The notes under the pieces were generated by a model that had not been told where the DNA came from, did no database searches, and was given only the letters and a program-made list of their open reading frames with translations. From Bispira polyomma (taxonomy: Eukaryota): 64,000 nucleotides of DNA. How positions within the stretch are numbered: position 1 is the first letter of the stretch; the number at the start of each line of letters is the position of its first letter. Shown here in pieces: positions 39,170-52,303 of the stretch. A program made the position numbers and the translations under genes. The stretch spans positions 31,062,001 to 31,126,000 of the forward strand of contig OZ287752.1 in NCBI GenBank assembly GCA_965649765.1, written 5' to 3'.

Positions 39170-39950
39170 TAGTTATATTTGAACTGAGCTAGATTATCCT
39201 TCCCCTCCTTAATTGAAACCAGGTAGAATATGACTCCCCTTCATATTTGACAGGACCTAGATTATACCTGCACTCCCTTTTTGAATTTACCTAGACTAGC
39301 CCTCTCCACCTTTTTTTAAGGGGCCTAGATTATCCCTTCCCTCTCTATTTGAATTCAGCTAGATTAGCCCTACCCGTCCTATTTGAAGTGGCATAGTTTA
39401 TCATTCCCCTCCCTATTTAAACTCACCTAGGTTAGCCCTCCCCACCCTTTTTGAAGGGGCCTAGATAAGCCCTTCCTGCCCTATTTGAACTCACCCAGAT
39501 TAGCTGATCTAGCATTATACCTTCCAGCACTCACTGGTTATCTCTTCTAGGCCTACATGGGGATTGAATTCTCCGGCCTCATTGGTTGTCAGGGATTGAA
39601 CCCTCCAGCCTCATTGGTTGTCCATCCTTGGCGTCCACGGAGATTGAACCCCTCTGGTCTCTATGGTTGTCCATTCTAAGCCACATTGGGCATTGAAACC
39701 TCCGGTCTCACTGATTGTCTCCTTCTAGGCCTACATGGAGATTGAACCCTTCGGCATCATTGGTTTTCAGGGATTGAACCCCTCTATGGTGATCATTTCT
39801 AGGCCTCCATGGGGATTGAACCCGTTCGGCCTGATTTGTTGTCCCTTCTAGGACTCCACAGGATTTAACCTTGCAGACTTATTGGTTGTCCCTCCTAGGT
39901 GCACACAGGGATTGAACCCCTGGCCTGATTGGTTGTCCCACAATGGTTGT
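39170..39950. repeat. Two adjacent minisatellites (~39-bp CCTAGATTAKCCC units; ~40-bp GGGATTGAACCC..ATTGGTTGTC units)
   Basis: Regular recurrence of the unit motifs; unit type switches near 39530. Confidence 0.85.
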
Positions 39951-40837
39951 CTATGTGTCCTACCTCTACCGCACGAGAGGAGACAATGTTTGATGCCTTT
40001 TTTGTATATTTGAGTGTTGAAGTAGAGATTCTTGGATGAAGTAAAGAAATCAAAACAGTTTCCATTTTCAGTGATTATGTGGGATATGAACCCACGTTCA
40101 TACACTTTGCAGTACTGTATCTTACCACTGCACCACTGAGCTGCATGGAATACATTGAAACAGTTTTGTGCAAGTTGTGTCGAAATACTTAAATGCACCT
40201 AGCTTTACACTGAAGTAAAACAAAGAAACTTCTTTTCATTGACTTCTATTCATTGACTAATATATCATTGCATCTATAAATTACAAATTAGGCAGGTCCC
40301 CGAAAATAAAAGGAGATTAATAGTATTCTAAGATCTTATTCAATTTAATTATTTTGGTGAAGCAATTGCTATTAAAATGAAATAGATACTAATGTCTCAG
40401 TATACTTTAGACAAAAAATAACCTCTTACAGGATTTAACCCTATTTCATAAGACCATTAGCAAAAACATAATGTACACATATATCAAGTATACAAGTATT
40501 AGTATATGTGTACATTATATTGATCTATATATTGATAATCAATTGACTATTGATTTTTCAATTGGCTAGTGGTTATTTAAAAAAATCACTAAACACAACT
40601 CTACCTAAAAACACACCATTAAAAGCATCAGACTTCCTGGTCCAATGGTAACAGTTTGAAACTAATGTCAGCATATTTTTTTTTCTGATGTGTTTTATCC
40701 AAGTTTTTTTTCTCCATTACAACAATACCTTTTCCTAATACATCTTCACTGGTGATCCCGGTACATTCTCACGGAGAGATAACAGTTAGTGAAACAGCCA
40801 GAAGATTTGTCTTTTGAAAAAAAGACACAGCCGCACA

Positions 40838-41175
40838 AATGTGAGAAATATTCATCTGACACCACTCAGTCTGGTCAGGGTCGATTGATTGCAATCAATC
40901 TGTCAAAACCTTGCATATTATTTCTAAAGTTGAAGCACTTTTTTTTCTAAGATGGCATAGCTAGTGTAGAAGCCAGATTGATATGTGACAGAATCAGACA
41001 CCTCCCCCACACTAATGTGGGAAATATTCATCTGACACCACTCAGTTTAGTCAGGGTAGATTGATTGCAATCAATCTGTCAAAACCTTGCATATTATTTC
41101 TAAGGTTAAAGCAGCCTTTTTTCAAAGATGGCATAGCTGGTATAGAAGCCAGATCGACATGTGACAGAATCAGAC
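40838..41175. repeat. Tandem duplication of ~176 bp
   Basis: AATGTG.GAAATATTCATCTGACACCACTCAG...GACAGAATCAGAC occurs twice. Confidence 0.9.
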
Positions 41176-41299
41176 CCCCCCCCCCCCCCGAATTTATGTT
41201 AGCACAAAATATATTTTAATAAATTAGGGAGTACCAAATGAAAAATCCTGGCTACTCCCCTGCAGTGGTGACCAGTAATGTTGCCATGTATCACCCAAC

Positions 41300-43134
41300 A
41301 CAAGTAAGCAATACTACTACACAACCTATCCCACATGATGGTTAAATTTCTGGCTGCAATACATTAGAAGAATATTCTATTCTCCTTTCTCGTTGGTGAC
41401 ATGCTCACCTACAAGAAACCAATTATTGCTGCATTCTATCTGCACATGTTCTAGATCTACGCTATCTACAACAGATTTAAAGGCTCTGGCATGACAGACA
41501 CTCTGGTAACTGCAAGGGTAAAAGTAAAAGGGTCTATTGACCAAGCAATACAGGAGGCGCTTATCCAGAATGTATGAGAAAGATTCTTTAACATGAGGAA
41601 CTAACACAGAACACCAAGCAGAACGTTGACACTGATCAATAAAGTTTACAAGAAATCTGGCACAGACATGGGGGACTTTTGGATTTCATTTCTGGAGATG
41701 GCTAAGATTACTGATCATCATGGGGGGGTTGCCTGATTATTGCGCAATGTTGTCACATGAGCAAATGGGCTTCTTTGACAATTGTTTCACACAGTAAATG
41801 ACAGTGCCACCATACTCCTGCCAGCCACTAGACCTTTGAATAAAACCACTATGAATCTGAACTCTAAGTTTAAGCAATAGTAGCTTCAGATTCCGCAGAA
41901 TGAGAAGCAATTGTTCTTAACAACAAGGAATGCAAACAACATCGCATGGTTGAGGATAACAGTGAATCAGAATCTCAACTGCCTCTGCCGCAATAGAAAG
42001 CATGTTACAAACAGTCTGCAAGGATCAAGAAAGATGAGCAAGTAAGTCAGTTTCTGTAAACATGCTTGATGGATTTTAAAGCTGGGCCCTTTGACATCTC
42101 CTCACCTGTATTGAGGTCAATACAGTCTAGTCTGATCGCCTCACCAGATTTAGTACCCGACTACAAGACTGCAATTGCAGATGGTCAAGTTCAGGTTGAA
42201 ACCATTCTGCCAGATCGAGTGTTCAGCAAAATCAAACCTCTCACTGCAACCATCCACAGTAATGAGAGGAAGAATTTGTCTGGTGAACAAATCTGTGCAC
42301 CACCTGGTGTATTCATGAAGGTTGCCCACATGAAGAGTTTGGAACTTTCAGCTCTGGGTGAACTTGTGGAGGGATCAGGCTTGGTCAAACTAGAATCAAA
42401 CCCTCTCACTCTACAATGTAGATGGGTCAATGCACAAGAATGCTTAGAGCAAGTTGTTACTGCTGTTTACCCTAGACACAGTTAGTGAGCAACCACCAGA
42501 TTATATCAGCCTCATTGACATGGGGCTGATCTGGTAGCTGGCTACCTTCAAGCATCCAGAAGCCGATACAACACTGCGGGCAGCTTATGTCAAGCTAAGG
42601 ACTGGGAACAACACTTAAGTAATTGTACTAGACAGCGAGGACACTGACATGTATGTCTAAGCTGCTTATGTCTCACAACAATTCAGAGGTGATCTGTGGA
42701 TTAAACGTAAACATGCACTAATTAACTGTAATACTATGCTCTCAGAAGAAGTTGCAGATATAATCATACCTCTCCATATCATCACTGGCAGTGACCACAC
42801 ATCATGCATTCACCATGCATTCAGCATAGTAAAAAGCAAGATCCTTAGGCAAGAGAGCTCCTTAGATGAGTGGGTGAGCTAGAGGAAGAAGTCACAACTG
42901 ATATGAAGGCATTTGTCCTCTCCAGTGTCTATGCTGAGAGAACGGATGTTACATGTGGGCAGGCCAGAGCTTCCAAATAACACAAATTGAAGAAAATTAG
43001 TACAATCCACATCCCACCCAATGACGACTCTTAAAATATGTGAGGAACAGACATATTGCCAGTTCCATTACAACCTACTAGAGCATCTGTCCCCCATTAG
43101 CCATGCCTAGGAAATTCTGAATGGAAAGTGTGTA
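41300..43134 (+). mobile_element. Degenerate large DNA transposon ORF (Academ-like, XPG/PIN-type region)
   Basis: Broken-frame motifs DSEDTDMYV, LHIITGSDHTS, IPPNDDS, ILNGKCVP; superfamily assignment tentative. Confidence 0.45.
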
Positions 43135-43381
43135 CCTTGACACAGCAGGTGTCAAGGATCTCAGTACATGGCCTCACCCACTTTTGTTCTTTGCCTCCCT
43201 TGAACTGTTAACCTCTTCTCTAATTGGCCCTCACAGTTGGGCGCCAAACTCCACCATTTTCTTCATATTTACATTTAACATTCAGCAATGCACATCGAAT
43301 TTAAATTTTACTTGGATTTTTAGTGTTCTGTCTTAGTTTATTTGTACTCTACAAGTACATATATATTAACCAAATATAAAC

Positions 43382-44340
43382 ATGGCTCCGAGAAAGGTGT
43401 ACTGCACTGCATGTAACCAGAAACACAGCAAGCCTGCCGACGAGGAGTGCCCTTATATGGTAGTTGATTCCGAGAATGTTGCTGATACAGAGGACCAGAT
43501 GTTCAGGCTACAGCTGGGACAAGTACTAGTGAGGTCTCTCAAAGGGAGGTTAATTTACAAATACTGTCTGAACTTAAGCAATTAGGTTCTCGTATAGCTT
43601 CTATTGAAGGCAAGGTTGCCAGTACTGAAGCTGACAAAAATGTAAACAAACACTGTACTTCCGAAAGTACTAGTACTAGAAGTGCTGGCAATAACTCTAA
43701 TGTAAACATAGGCGGTAGTTCTGAAAGTACTAGTACTAGAAGCTGCTGTGCTGGCATTAACGTTAATGTAAACAAAGGCTGTAGTTCTGATAGTAGTAGT
43801 AGTATGTGTGCTAGCAACAACCCTAATGTGCCACTTACACAAAACAATGGCTGTACTTCCGAAAATACAAGTACTAGAAGCTGCTGTGCTAGCAATAACC
43901 CTGATAGTCAGCTTCCCTCTTTATCTAGTGTCAAAGAACAATACCAAGTAGAAATAGAGAGCAGATTAAGAGAGTTGCGTCAGGTAAATGAGAAAGAAAA
44001 AACAGGTAACTTAAAATCTCAAAGAGGTGGGCCTGTGGATGTATATGTAAAACACAGAGTTCCATGGCCTCAAAATAGTATTCTCTCAGGTTCTAGCAAG
44101 TCACATGTGTCATATGATAGTCTGAATGTATTCCAATGGGTGGCTGGCTTCAGCCGGATTATTCACGAGGAGTCAAATGCTGACACAAAAAACTTCATGT
44201 TGGAGTATATGTGAGAATTATTTGAGGATGCACATGACTTCTCGTGGACTTCTGCTAAAGCCAGCCACGCCTTGCTCCTATGTCGTATGGAGGAAGGCAA
44301 GGTCGCCTGGAACCAAACTGACCGTATTGACCATATGAAA
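43382..44340 (+). pseudogene. DIRS gag-like ORF1 with internal Ser/Thr/Asn-rich repeats; frameshift and stop
   Basis: N-terminal CxxC..H..C; VPWPQN, YDSLNVFQWVAGF, ELFEDAHDFSW; TGA at 44212-44214; four ~60-bp repeats at 43650-43905. Confidence 0.75.
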
Positions 44341-45873
44341 CGACTGGAAAATTACTGGGACCAACAATTAGTGAGTTTAATTTGCTGTGGTTTCCCTCTT
44401 GATGTAAAAGATCAATCAAATCTGGTAGCCACGGGTGAAAATCACAAGTCTGCCACAGAATTCTCTAAGCATGTCACTCATTATTTAAAGGAAGAACAAG
44501 ATTTTAAAGCAATTATGGGTCCTTTTGATAAAAAACCAGTAAGTAACTTCCACTCATCCCCTTTCATGACCAGGGACAAACCCAACTCAGATAATCGCAG
44601 GGTCATCATTGACCTGAGCTGGCCGAGTCAGCATGCTGTCAATTCAAATGTGAGTCCAGAAATATATTTGGGTACTCCTTTTATACTTACTTTTCCTTCT
44701 GTTGATTTAATAACAAATGAGGTTGTCAAATTGGGACGAGGCTCTAAGCTTTATAAGATAGACATTAGTAGAGCTTTTCGGCATGTGAAAATGGACCCGG
44801 GGAATATCCACATATTGGGTCTTTCCTGGGAGAATCAGTACTTTCTAGACACTTGCCTACCTTTTGGGTACAAGCATGGTAACACTATTTTTCAAAAGCT
44901 AAGTGACTCAGTCAGATACATGATGCAAGAGCTAGGTTTCCCAGTTATCAATTACATTGATGAATTCATAGGCTTTGGACTAACCACTACAGCTAAAAAA
45001 TCCTATCATACCCTCTATGACCTCCTGCAGGAGCTAGGTTTGACAATCAGTAGTAAAAAACTCATTCCCCCTAACACTCAGGTCACATGCCTGGGGGTAG
45101 ACATAAATACTGAGACATTCACTATATCAATACCTAAAGAAAAAATGCAGCAAGTTCTGAATAATTGCATGACTTGGGGTGAGAAAGAAACATGTACCAA
45201 AAGACAATTGCAGTATCTCTTAGGCAGTCTGCTGAATGGCGCAAAATGTGTCAGAGTGGCTAGATGCTTCCTAAACAGAATGTTGCAATTGTTAAGGGAC
45301 AACAAAAACAGTAGAAGTATCAAAATTACTGATGAGTTCAAGAAAGACCTTAAATGCTTTCAAAATTTTCTCCCCTTTTACAAGGGGGTCTCATTTTTCT
45401 TGCATAGACCTGTACAGGAAACAATCAGTCTAGACGCCTGTCTGACAGGCCTGGGAGGTCATTGGGGAAACTTGGTCTATGCCTGCACTATTCCCATAGG
45501 TTTTCTATCTCTGGGAATTGTGCAGCTAGAAATGCTAAACATTCTAGTGGCAATGAGAATATGGGCCCAGCAATGGGCGGGTAAAAAAGTTTTGATATAC
45601 TGTGACAATCAGGCCGTAGTTAGTGTACTCAATTCTGCAAGAACAAAAGACATTTTTCTCGGGGCCTGCGCAAGAAACATCTTAATGTTATCTGCTATTC
45701 ATGATTTTGAGCTTAAAGTTGTTCATGTACTGGGTGTAAAAAACAATGTGGCTGACCTGCTGTCTAGATGGCAGGACACAAAAGCCAACCATGCTCAGCT
45801 TAAAAGTTACATACCCAATCCAATATGGCTAGCGGTAAATGAAGAATACTTATATGTAGATTTCTCATTGTAG
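44272..45873 (+). CDS. DIRS reverse transcriptase/RNase H (catalytic YIDD altered to YIDE)
   Basis: GFPLD, RVIIDLSWP, KIDISRAFRH, LPFG, NYIDE, LDACLTGLGG, CDNQAVV, NVADLLSR. Confidence 0.88.
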   Translation: MLLCRMEEGKVAWNQTDRIDHMKRLENYWDQQLVSLICCGFPLDVKDQSNLVATGENHKSATEFSKHVTHYLKEEQDFKAIMGPFDKKPVSNFHSSPFMTRDKPNSDNRRVIIDLSWPSQHAVNSNVSPEIYLGTPFILTFPSVDLITNEVVKLGRGSKLYKIDISRAFRHVKMDPGNIHILGLSWENQYFLDTCLPFGYKHGNTIFQKLSDSVRYMMQELGFPVINYIDEFIGFGLTTTAKKSYHTLYDLLQELGLTISSKKLIPPNTQVTCLGVDINTETFTISIPKEKMQQVLNNCMTWGEKETCTKRQLQYLLGSLLNGAKCVRVARCFLNRMLQLLRDNKNSRSIKITDEFKKDLKCFQNFLPFYKGVSFFLHRPVQETISLDACLTGLGGHWGNLVYACTIPIGFLSLGIVQLEMLNILVAMRIWAQQWAGKKVLIYCDNQAVVSVLNSARTKDIFLGACARNILMLSAIHDFELKVVHVLGVKNNVADLLSRWQDTKANHAQLKSYIPNPIWLAVNEEYLYVDFSL

Positions 45874-45913
45874 CTGTACTTTCAGAAATTCCTCAAGCTG
45901 CAGGTGTACTGGT

Positions 45914-46858
45914 TTGGCTAGGCTGCAGAAAGCGTTCAGGCCTAACACTACAAAAAATTACCTGGCCATGTTTAAATCCTTCTTGGCCTACCTGTGTTTC
46001 CTGCGTTGTCCCACCTCCAAGGTAACAGTTCCGGTTTTTTTGTCTTTTCTTGAATTTTTGACAAAAAATCAAACATCTGCCTCTATGATAATTAATCATA
46101 TGTCAGCTGTTAAAGCCTATTTTAGTATGTATGGCCTGTCGATTGCCATGTTTGATGAACCTCGCATTAAACTGTATAACAAGGCCTCCCTCAATAATAG
46201 GCCCTTGGTGGCTCAGATCAAACCTGTTTTGAATTCGCATATATTACTTCAGCTTGTATTGGCTTGTGATAGTACTAACATGGGGCAAATCTATAAAGCT
46301 GTGTACTTGACAGCTTATTATTCTTTTCTTCGCATGTCCAATCTGGCACCCCATGTTGCCTCAATGTTTGACCCATCGAGACATTTATGTAAAGGTGATA
46401 TATTTTTCAAGCCTCCGGACATTCACTTGTTAATCAAATGGTCAAATACCATTCAGTCTAGAAACTCAGTGAGACTGATAAAGATTCCCTCCCTTGGCTC
46501 CTCTGCTTTGTGCCCTGTGACTGCCCTGAGAAATGTTTTAAGGCTTTCCCCTGGGGGTCCCAATGCAGCCTTATTTCAAGTTAAAGTGGGTCAAGCCTGG
46601 GCTCCCCTCACTGATAGCAAGATCAGGCATCATCTGGGAATAGTCCTCCATCTGGCGGGCCTTAGTAGTTCAGGCCTAACGTTTTATTCTTTCCGGTGTT
46701 CAGGTGCGTCTTTGGCTTACAATTCTAATGTTGAGTTGGAGCATATCAAAGAACACGGCACCTGGACGTCGGATGCAGTCTATTCATACTTGGTACAAGA
46801 CCAAGCTGCGGGACAGCAAGTGGCCTTAGCTTTTAAAGCCCTTTTGCACAAACCTTGA
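45914..46858 (+). CDS. DIRS tyrosine recombinase (HxxR motif degenerate: YSFR)
   Basis: FLRMSNL, KWSNT, CPV, YSFRCSGAS, HGTWTSDAVYSY. Confidence 0.88.
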   Translation: MARLQKAFRPNTTKNYLAMFKSFLAYLCFLRCPTSKVTVPVFLSFLEFLTKNQTSASMIINHMSAVKAYFSMYGLSIAMFDEPRIKLYNKASLNNRPLVAQIKPVLNSHILLQLVLACDSTNMGQIYKAVYLTAYYSFLRMSNLAPHVASMFDPSRHLCKGDIFFKPPDIHLLIKWSNTIQSRNSVRLIKIPSLGSSALCPVTALRNVLRLSPGGPNAALFQVKVGQAWAPLTDSKIRHHLGIVLHLAGLSSSGLTFYSFRCSGASLAYNSNVELEHIKEHGTWTSDAVYSYLVQDQAAGQQVALAFKALLHKP

Positions 46859-47927
46859 GACTACCCCTACTTTGCTTTGGTGTTTGGTGGTTTTATACAC
46901 CAACAGTAAATATCATATTTGGTTAAAAAGGTATGTTTACACAAATAATCAGTATGGTAAATATATAATGCAATTTATATCAGAATAACAGATCATTCTG
47001 ATCTTATCTTTCATCTGAAATTAATCTTGTTTTACTGCAATTATACGTTCTGTCATTATACTCTTTTATTGCATGTATATGTTTTACATAAGCTTAACTT
47101 TAATTAACGTTACCTTAGTAAAGTTAGTAACCTTAACTTAAATTGCATGTAAAATCTAGAAACTGTAACTCACCTTAACTTAAGGTCACCTTAGTTAAAA
47201 TTGCTCCAATGGTGACCTTAACTTTAACATATTGAAGTAGAAACTTAATCTGGTAATCTTAGTTAGTTTACGATGACCACAGACTGTATATAAAAGTAGT
47301 CACTCTAAAAAACTAGTAAATGTAATACTTTTACTAACATGTAAATAAAATTTTAATCCCTCAAATTGTCTTATATCTTGAGGGTACCTTTACTTACCTT
47401 TCTGGACTTGCCACTGAGCTGGGTACTGCCGAGCAGTGCTTCACATCCTCACCACCTTGCTTCAGCAGTTCACACCTTGCGATTGTTTAGACAAGAGTTA
47501 CAATGACAGTAGTAGTGACGATCAGAGGAGTGAATGTGGAGAATCAACATATTTAGATGTTTGATCCAGTAATGACCATTAGTTACAGAACTAATTATTG
47601 TAAATTGAGGCTCAATACCTTGTACTTCCCTCGAATAAAGTGACTATTGTTAAATTTATTCAAATAAATACAATTTGTTTGGTTATCTCCAGTGATTTTG
47701 TGGTCATGGAGAATGAAGGTTTGGTTCTTACCAACCACAGACATTAACCTTTTTCACCTCTGAGATGACCTTTATGCACTTACTTATAGTTTTACTGTCT
47801 ATAACATAACTATACATGAACAGCGCATTTATTCGAGCCTATTGTGAAGGCTTTTTGATAACTTTAAAAAATTAAGCTTTCCAAGTTGAAAATTGGTAGT
47901 CATCTTGGATTTGAAGATCAGAAATAG

Positions 47928-48168
47928 GTCAAATCATCAAAATAAATATCAAATTTGAATTTCTTGACCACAAAAGTCCCAGAAATGATAAACTATGCAG
48001 CTTGTAGGCCAAACCATAAAAAAAGGATAATTTTTCATTAAATCTGTTAAATCAAATCATCAAAAGAATATCAAATATGAATTCCTTGACCCTAAAAGTC
48101 CCAGAAATGAAGCACTATGCAGCTTGTAGGTCAAACCATAAAAAAGACAACTTTTCATTAAATCTGTT
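47928..48168. repeat. Tandem duplication of ~122 bp
   Basis: TCAAATCATCAAAA...CATTAAATCTGTTA occurs twice. Confidence 0.85.
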
Positions 48169-49369
48169 AGATGTAGGAGGCTCACTACACCATAACTGAC
48201 TTAGATTTTAAAGCTCATTTTGTTGAGATAATTTGTTGTACAACATAATAAAGTCTTCCTTGTCTTAGTGTGGTTTTGAATAAGTCCTGAGTATTTATTC
48301 ATAATATGTTCTTAAATGGGTAACTAAAAAATATTTTTGCAAGCAAAAAAAAAAAAATCTTCCCTAGTAGACATTGTAAAAAATGGTACAAATGGTGTAA
48401 AATGTTTAAAAAATCAGTAAAAAACGAACATGCACCTAATAAAAAAATTGAAATGCATAATAGTTTTCTAAGATAATACATTATTTTATTGCAGTCCTTT
48501 TTATTTTGTTTAATTGTTTCTTCTTTATCATGACTACCGTGTTTCTGTTTTAATGAAGTAATGACATATTTCAAGCATATATGCGATTTGCACAAGGAAA
48601 TTGTATATTTACATATCATTTAATCACTATATAAAAGTAATAAGTGTGTGTGCCACAAAACATACACTTACATATTGTTATCCTTACAAAAATCGAAATT
48701 CGACTGGCACCTGGATATTATCCTATATAATGCACATGCCAAATCTTATGGAGGGAATAACAATACTTTCAGAGAAAAATTGGAGATAAAGGTGTAACAT
48801 AAAAAAATTGTTTTTGATCGTGTCACATTTTGTACAGGTCAAAGGTGAAAAAGTTATATGTCAAAAGTTTTTCCCATTCCTATAGAAGATACCTGCCAAA
48901 AATCATGCTCATAGCATTTGTAATAAGGTAGATATTCAACGGAGACGATGAGAAAACCAGGTGTGTATCTAAATAAGCGGCCTTTACAAGGGATGCTCAA
49001 TTAATCTGTAGCATACAAACGCTTAGGAATTGGGTGTTTTTGTGAATAAGGTTGTCCATGACATTTTGGGCTACAGCATCAAAATGTTTCAGAAGTGTTT
49101 GTGTTTAGCCAAAGGATTGCCAAATACTTAATGTATATTTAAATTAGTATTATGAATGAATGTGTTCACCTGGTATTGGCAAATCTAATCTACAGACATA
49201 TGTGTAGTCATAAATGTTTTTTTTGTTCATATATAGCCACAATTGAGCGATTAATAACTTACTAGAAACAAATTAGAAAAATAAAACTGAATGTATACAA
49301 CCAGGAAGACATATGTAAGGCTCGGCTTCCTTTCAGCTGACATCAGCCGAATGTTTCATCATCCCAATT

Positions 49370-49600
49370 TGAATTGAGATATTTAACAGCTATTCTAGTA
49401 CCTGTTTAGGTTATATTGGGACGGGTAGTTGGAAACGCTGGAGGAAACACTGCATACAGTTGATCAAGGTTCTGCACTGAAACCAGTGGCTCACAGTAAG
49501 GAACTACCACCTTTCCCACATAGGCATTGACGGGAGTCGAACTTACGCCACTCAGAGGTGAGAAACCAGTGATTGCTAACCACTAGCCACCACGGCTCCT
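49370..49600 (-). mobile_element. tRNA-derived SINE
   Basis: Minus strand reads GGAGCCGTGGTGGCTAGTGG (A box)...GTTCGACTCC (B box), then GAACCTTGATCAACTGTATG..TTTCCTC resembling a conserved SINE central domain. Confidence 0.7.
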
Positions 49601-52303
49601 GTTTCGGTCAAAGTACATCTTAGGAAGTGTTTTCTTTGAACAGATTTACTTCAGATCCGATCAGATGTTGGCAGACGTCTATTACACCATCAGATGTAAT
49701 CGGTCAGGGAGCGAAAAATATCTGGAGGTCGGTCTGATATTTCAACAAAAATAAAGAAAAAAAAAAAAGAAAAAAACTTTCTCACACCATCTCACCAACG
49801 AAGATTTAGTACATATCTGATGAAAGGAAGCACTACTTTGGCTGATATTAGCTTTTTATAAATCGACTGACATCGGGATGGGCTGAAAGGAAGACATATG
49901 TAACTTTCACATAATTTTCGTTGTTTTTAGTTTGTACTTTATTAAAAGCTTTATTGTTTTTGGCTAGACATTTGATCCTTGTATCTGTGTTTACAATAAC
50001 CCACACAATATTATACCTCATATTTCAATTCAGCAAGTTAAATTCTATTATAATGAATGATCACAAGTATATAATTATTTCAAGTGGAGGGTACTTGAAA
50101 ACAAGGATGTGTCCACAGTCAGTATTTGAATGTGGGTGTGAGTTTATATAATTACATAATTGGTACCATTATAATAATATTAGTAATGAGTGTGTAAAGC
50201 AGACGGGTGACATATATTTGTCACAAGTAGTGATATTTGTGTTATCACAGTCTCACCCATGTTTTATACTATTTCTTATTTGGCCATGTTTTTAATGCAT
50301 TTCTAAAGACTTCACTGTAACATGATAATCATAATGGCAAATAAAATAAATACCTGCCTGTGAATGTAACAGAGAGAGAGAGTAATTTATAATAGTGTCA
50401 CCTGTATTATTACAATGTTACATACATAAAATGAAGAAATCAATAAGCAGCCAGCCCAAAAGTTGGGCTTATGAAGCATTCTATACACATTAAATCATAC
50501 ACAAAATTGATCAATACACAAATAATTACAAACATTTATAAACACAAATTTTTAACAAAATTGACTACAGATATTTACTGCATGCATACATACAAATTCG
50601 AAATATATAACATATTTAACATATTTTGAAAATTGCCAAAAGATAATAAATAATTCCTGAAGTTCCGAGATATTATCTTTTTTAATGTATTTGTTAGATT
50701 AAATTCTTCAGATATTCTCCAGGTTTCGCATGTATAATATATTTGCTTCATTTTTGAGCGTTATCCAGTTTGCAATATGTATTGGCCAATTAAAAACAAT
50801 TGAATTTCAATTTCAACATTTAAATGACAAAGCTTGCATATTCAGTTTTCGATCTACATATGTCTTTATACCCCTAGGCAGCTGACCCATAATCTAGGAT
50901 AGGAGAATGCTGACTGATTAAGAAACTAGCCGTGCTTTTTGTTTTGACGAATAATTTGCTTAGCCAGTATTTATATAATTCTATTTTCTACACTTTAATA
51001 TGTCTGAAGGTTGTCATCTGGGTTCAATTCCCAGCGTAGGAAGGGTTTGCTAATGGTGTTACATGTTTGTGTCATATCACGATGGACAGTCCACTGATAG
51101 AAAAAATCAATAAGGTAGTTGGTTATGGTTTTCTGCAAATATGATATTTCCATTTCGAAATTTGACCACACAACTGCGGGGGGGGGGGGGGGGGGGGTGG
51201 TGAAGTATTACCATTACACCAGCAAGGCCCTCTTTATACCAATAAACTAAGTGAGTACTTAAGATCATTATCCCCATTGCTCTACTGGCCAAATACATAC
51301 TAACTTCTAATAATGGCAAAAACATTGGTGTAACTTTTGACTCTGTTTTGTCATATGATGCCAACATCAGCAATATATGTATTCTGTTACTATTACATTA
51401 ATAAACCAAAATAATCAGAAATCACTTGTCACTGGATGCTTGTACATTGGTTTTGTAATTTCTGGACTAAAAATATTTGGCTCAAGCCTTTAAACTTTTC
51501 TCTTCCCAGCATAAGATATACCTTTCAAGTGTTTTGTACACCTGTAAGACGAAAACACTAGAAAAAAGTATTATTATTTAGGTATAAAAATACCATACTA
51601 CTAATCTTTGTTATCAGTAATTTTGTTTCTTCAAATAGTTGAGTAAAATTTGCCATTATTGTCCTTTATTGTTTTGTATTGTAATCATGTGATTGAATGA
51701 AAATATTTTAAAAAAGCAATTACTGAAAGTTTAAATCTGGTAAAAATAATTTCTCTATCTAAATGATTCATACTATAGCAACTCTAAGCTTATTAATCCT
51801 ATGTAGTACTTAAACAGGTAATCCAAACAGAGGCTAGTGATGATAAAAATGTTTGTGTTTTGAGGTGTACCTTGTTTTGACGACTTTTTGCAGTCTATTG
51901 AGTTGTTACTTGTAAAGGAACTATATAGGATTAATTGTCAATATCATCACTATTACTCACAAAATATGTATTTTAATTCACTGTTTAAGTGTTTGCATAT
52001 ATTATTGGTGGAAAATATACCCTACACTGCAACTAGCAAAGAGCAAACTATATGTCTCTTTATATTAAAAGTATGTATAATTAACCTATCTTTAAAAAAG
52101 TTTCGTAAAAAACAATATTATATGAATGCATAAATTTAGTCTATACGAAATGATTACTAGCTAATATGTAAGACTGCTATATATTACTCTATTGATTTAA
52201 TAGCAATTCATATTAAAATCTTAAAAATGTATCAAGAACAGAACAGGATTGACTTAAAATATCCTTCTGTACAGATATATGATAATGCAGAGAATTACAT
52301 AGT

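Larger units (their letters stand above)
43135..47408 (+). mobile_element. DIRS-order tyrosine-recombinase retrotransposon (gag, RT/RNase H, YR); ends approximate
   Basis: Three colinear coding regions; terminal hairpins at 43135-43157 and ~47358-47384; interrupts the Academ-like relic. Confidence 0.88.

Noticed and set aside
39170-39950. Regularly spaced repeats as a CRISPR array
   Set aside because: Units are degenerate tandem copies without unique spacers; no cas genes; eukaryotic context.
45914-46858. Phage integrase or prophage
   Set aside because: Lies directly after a DIRS-type RT/RNase H; it is the retroelement's recombinase.
49520-49600. tRNA gene
   Set aside because: A and B boxes are present but continue into a SINE-like body; no convincing cloverleaf.
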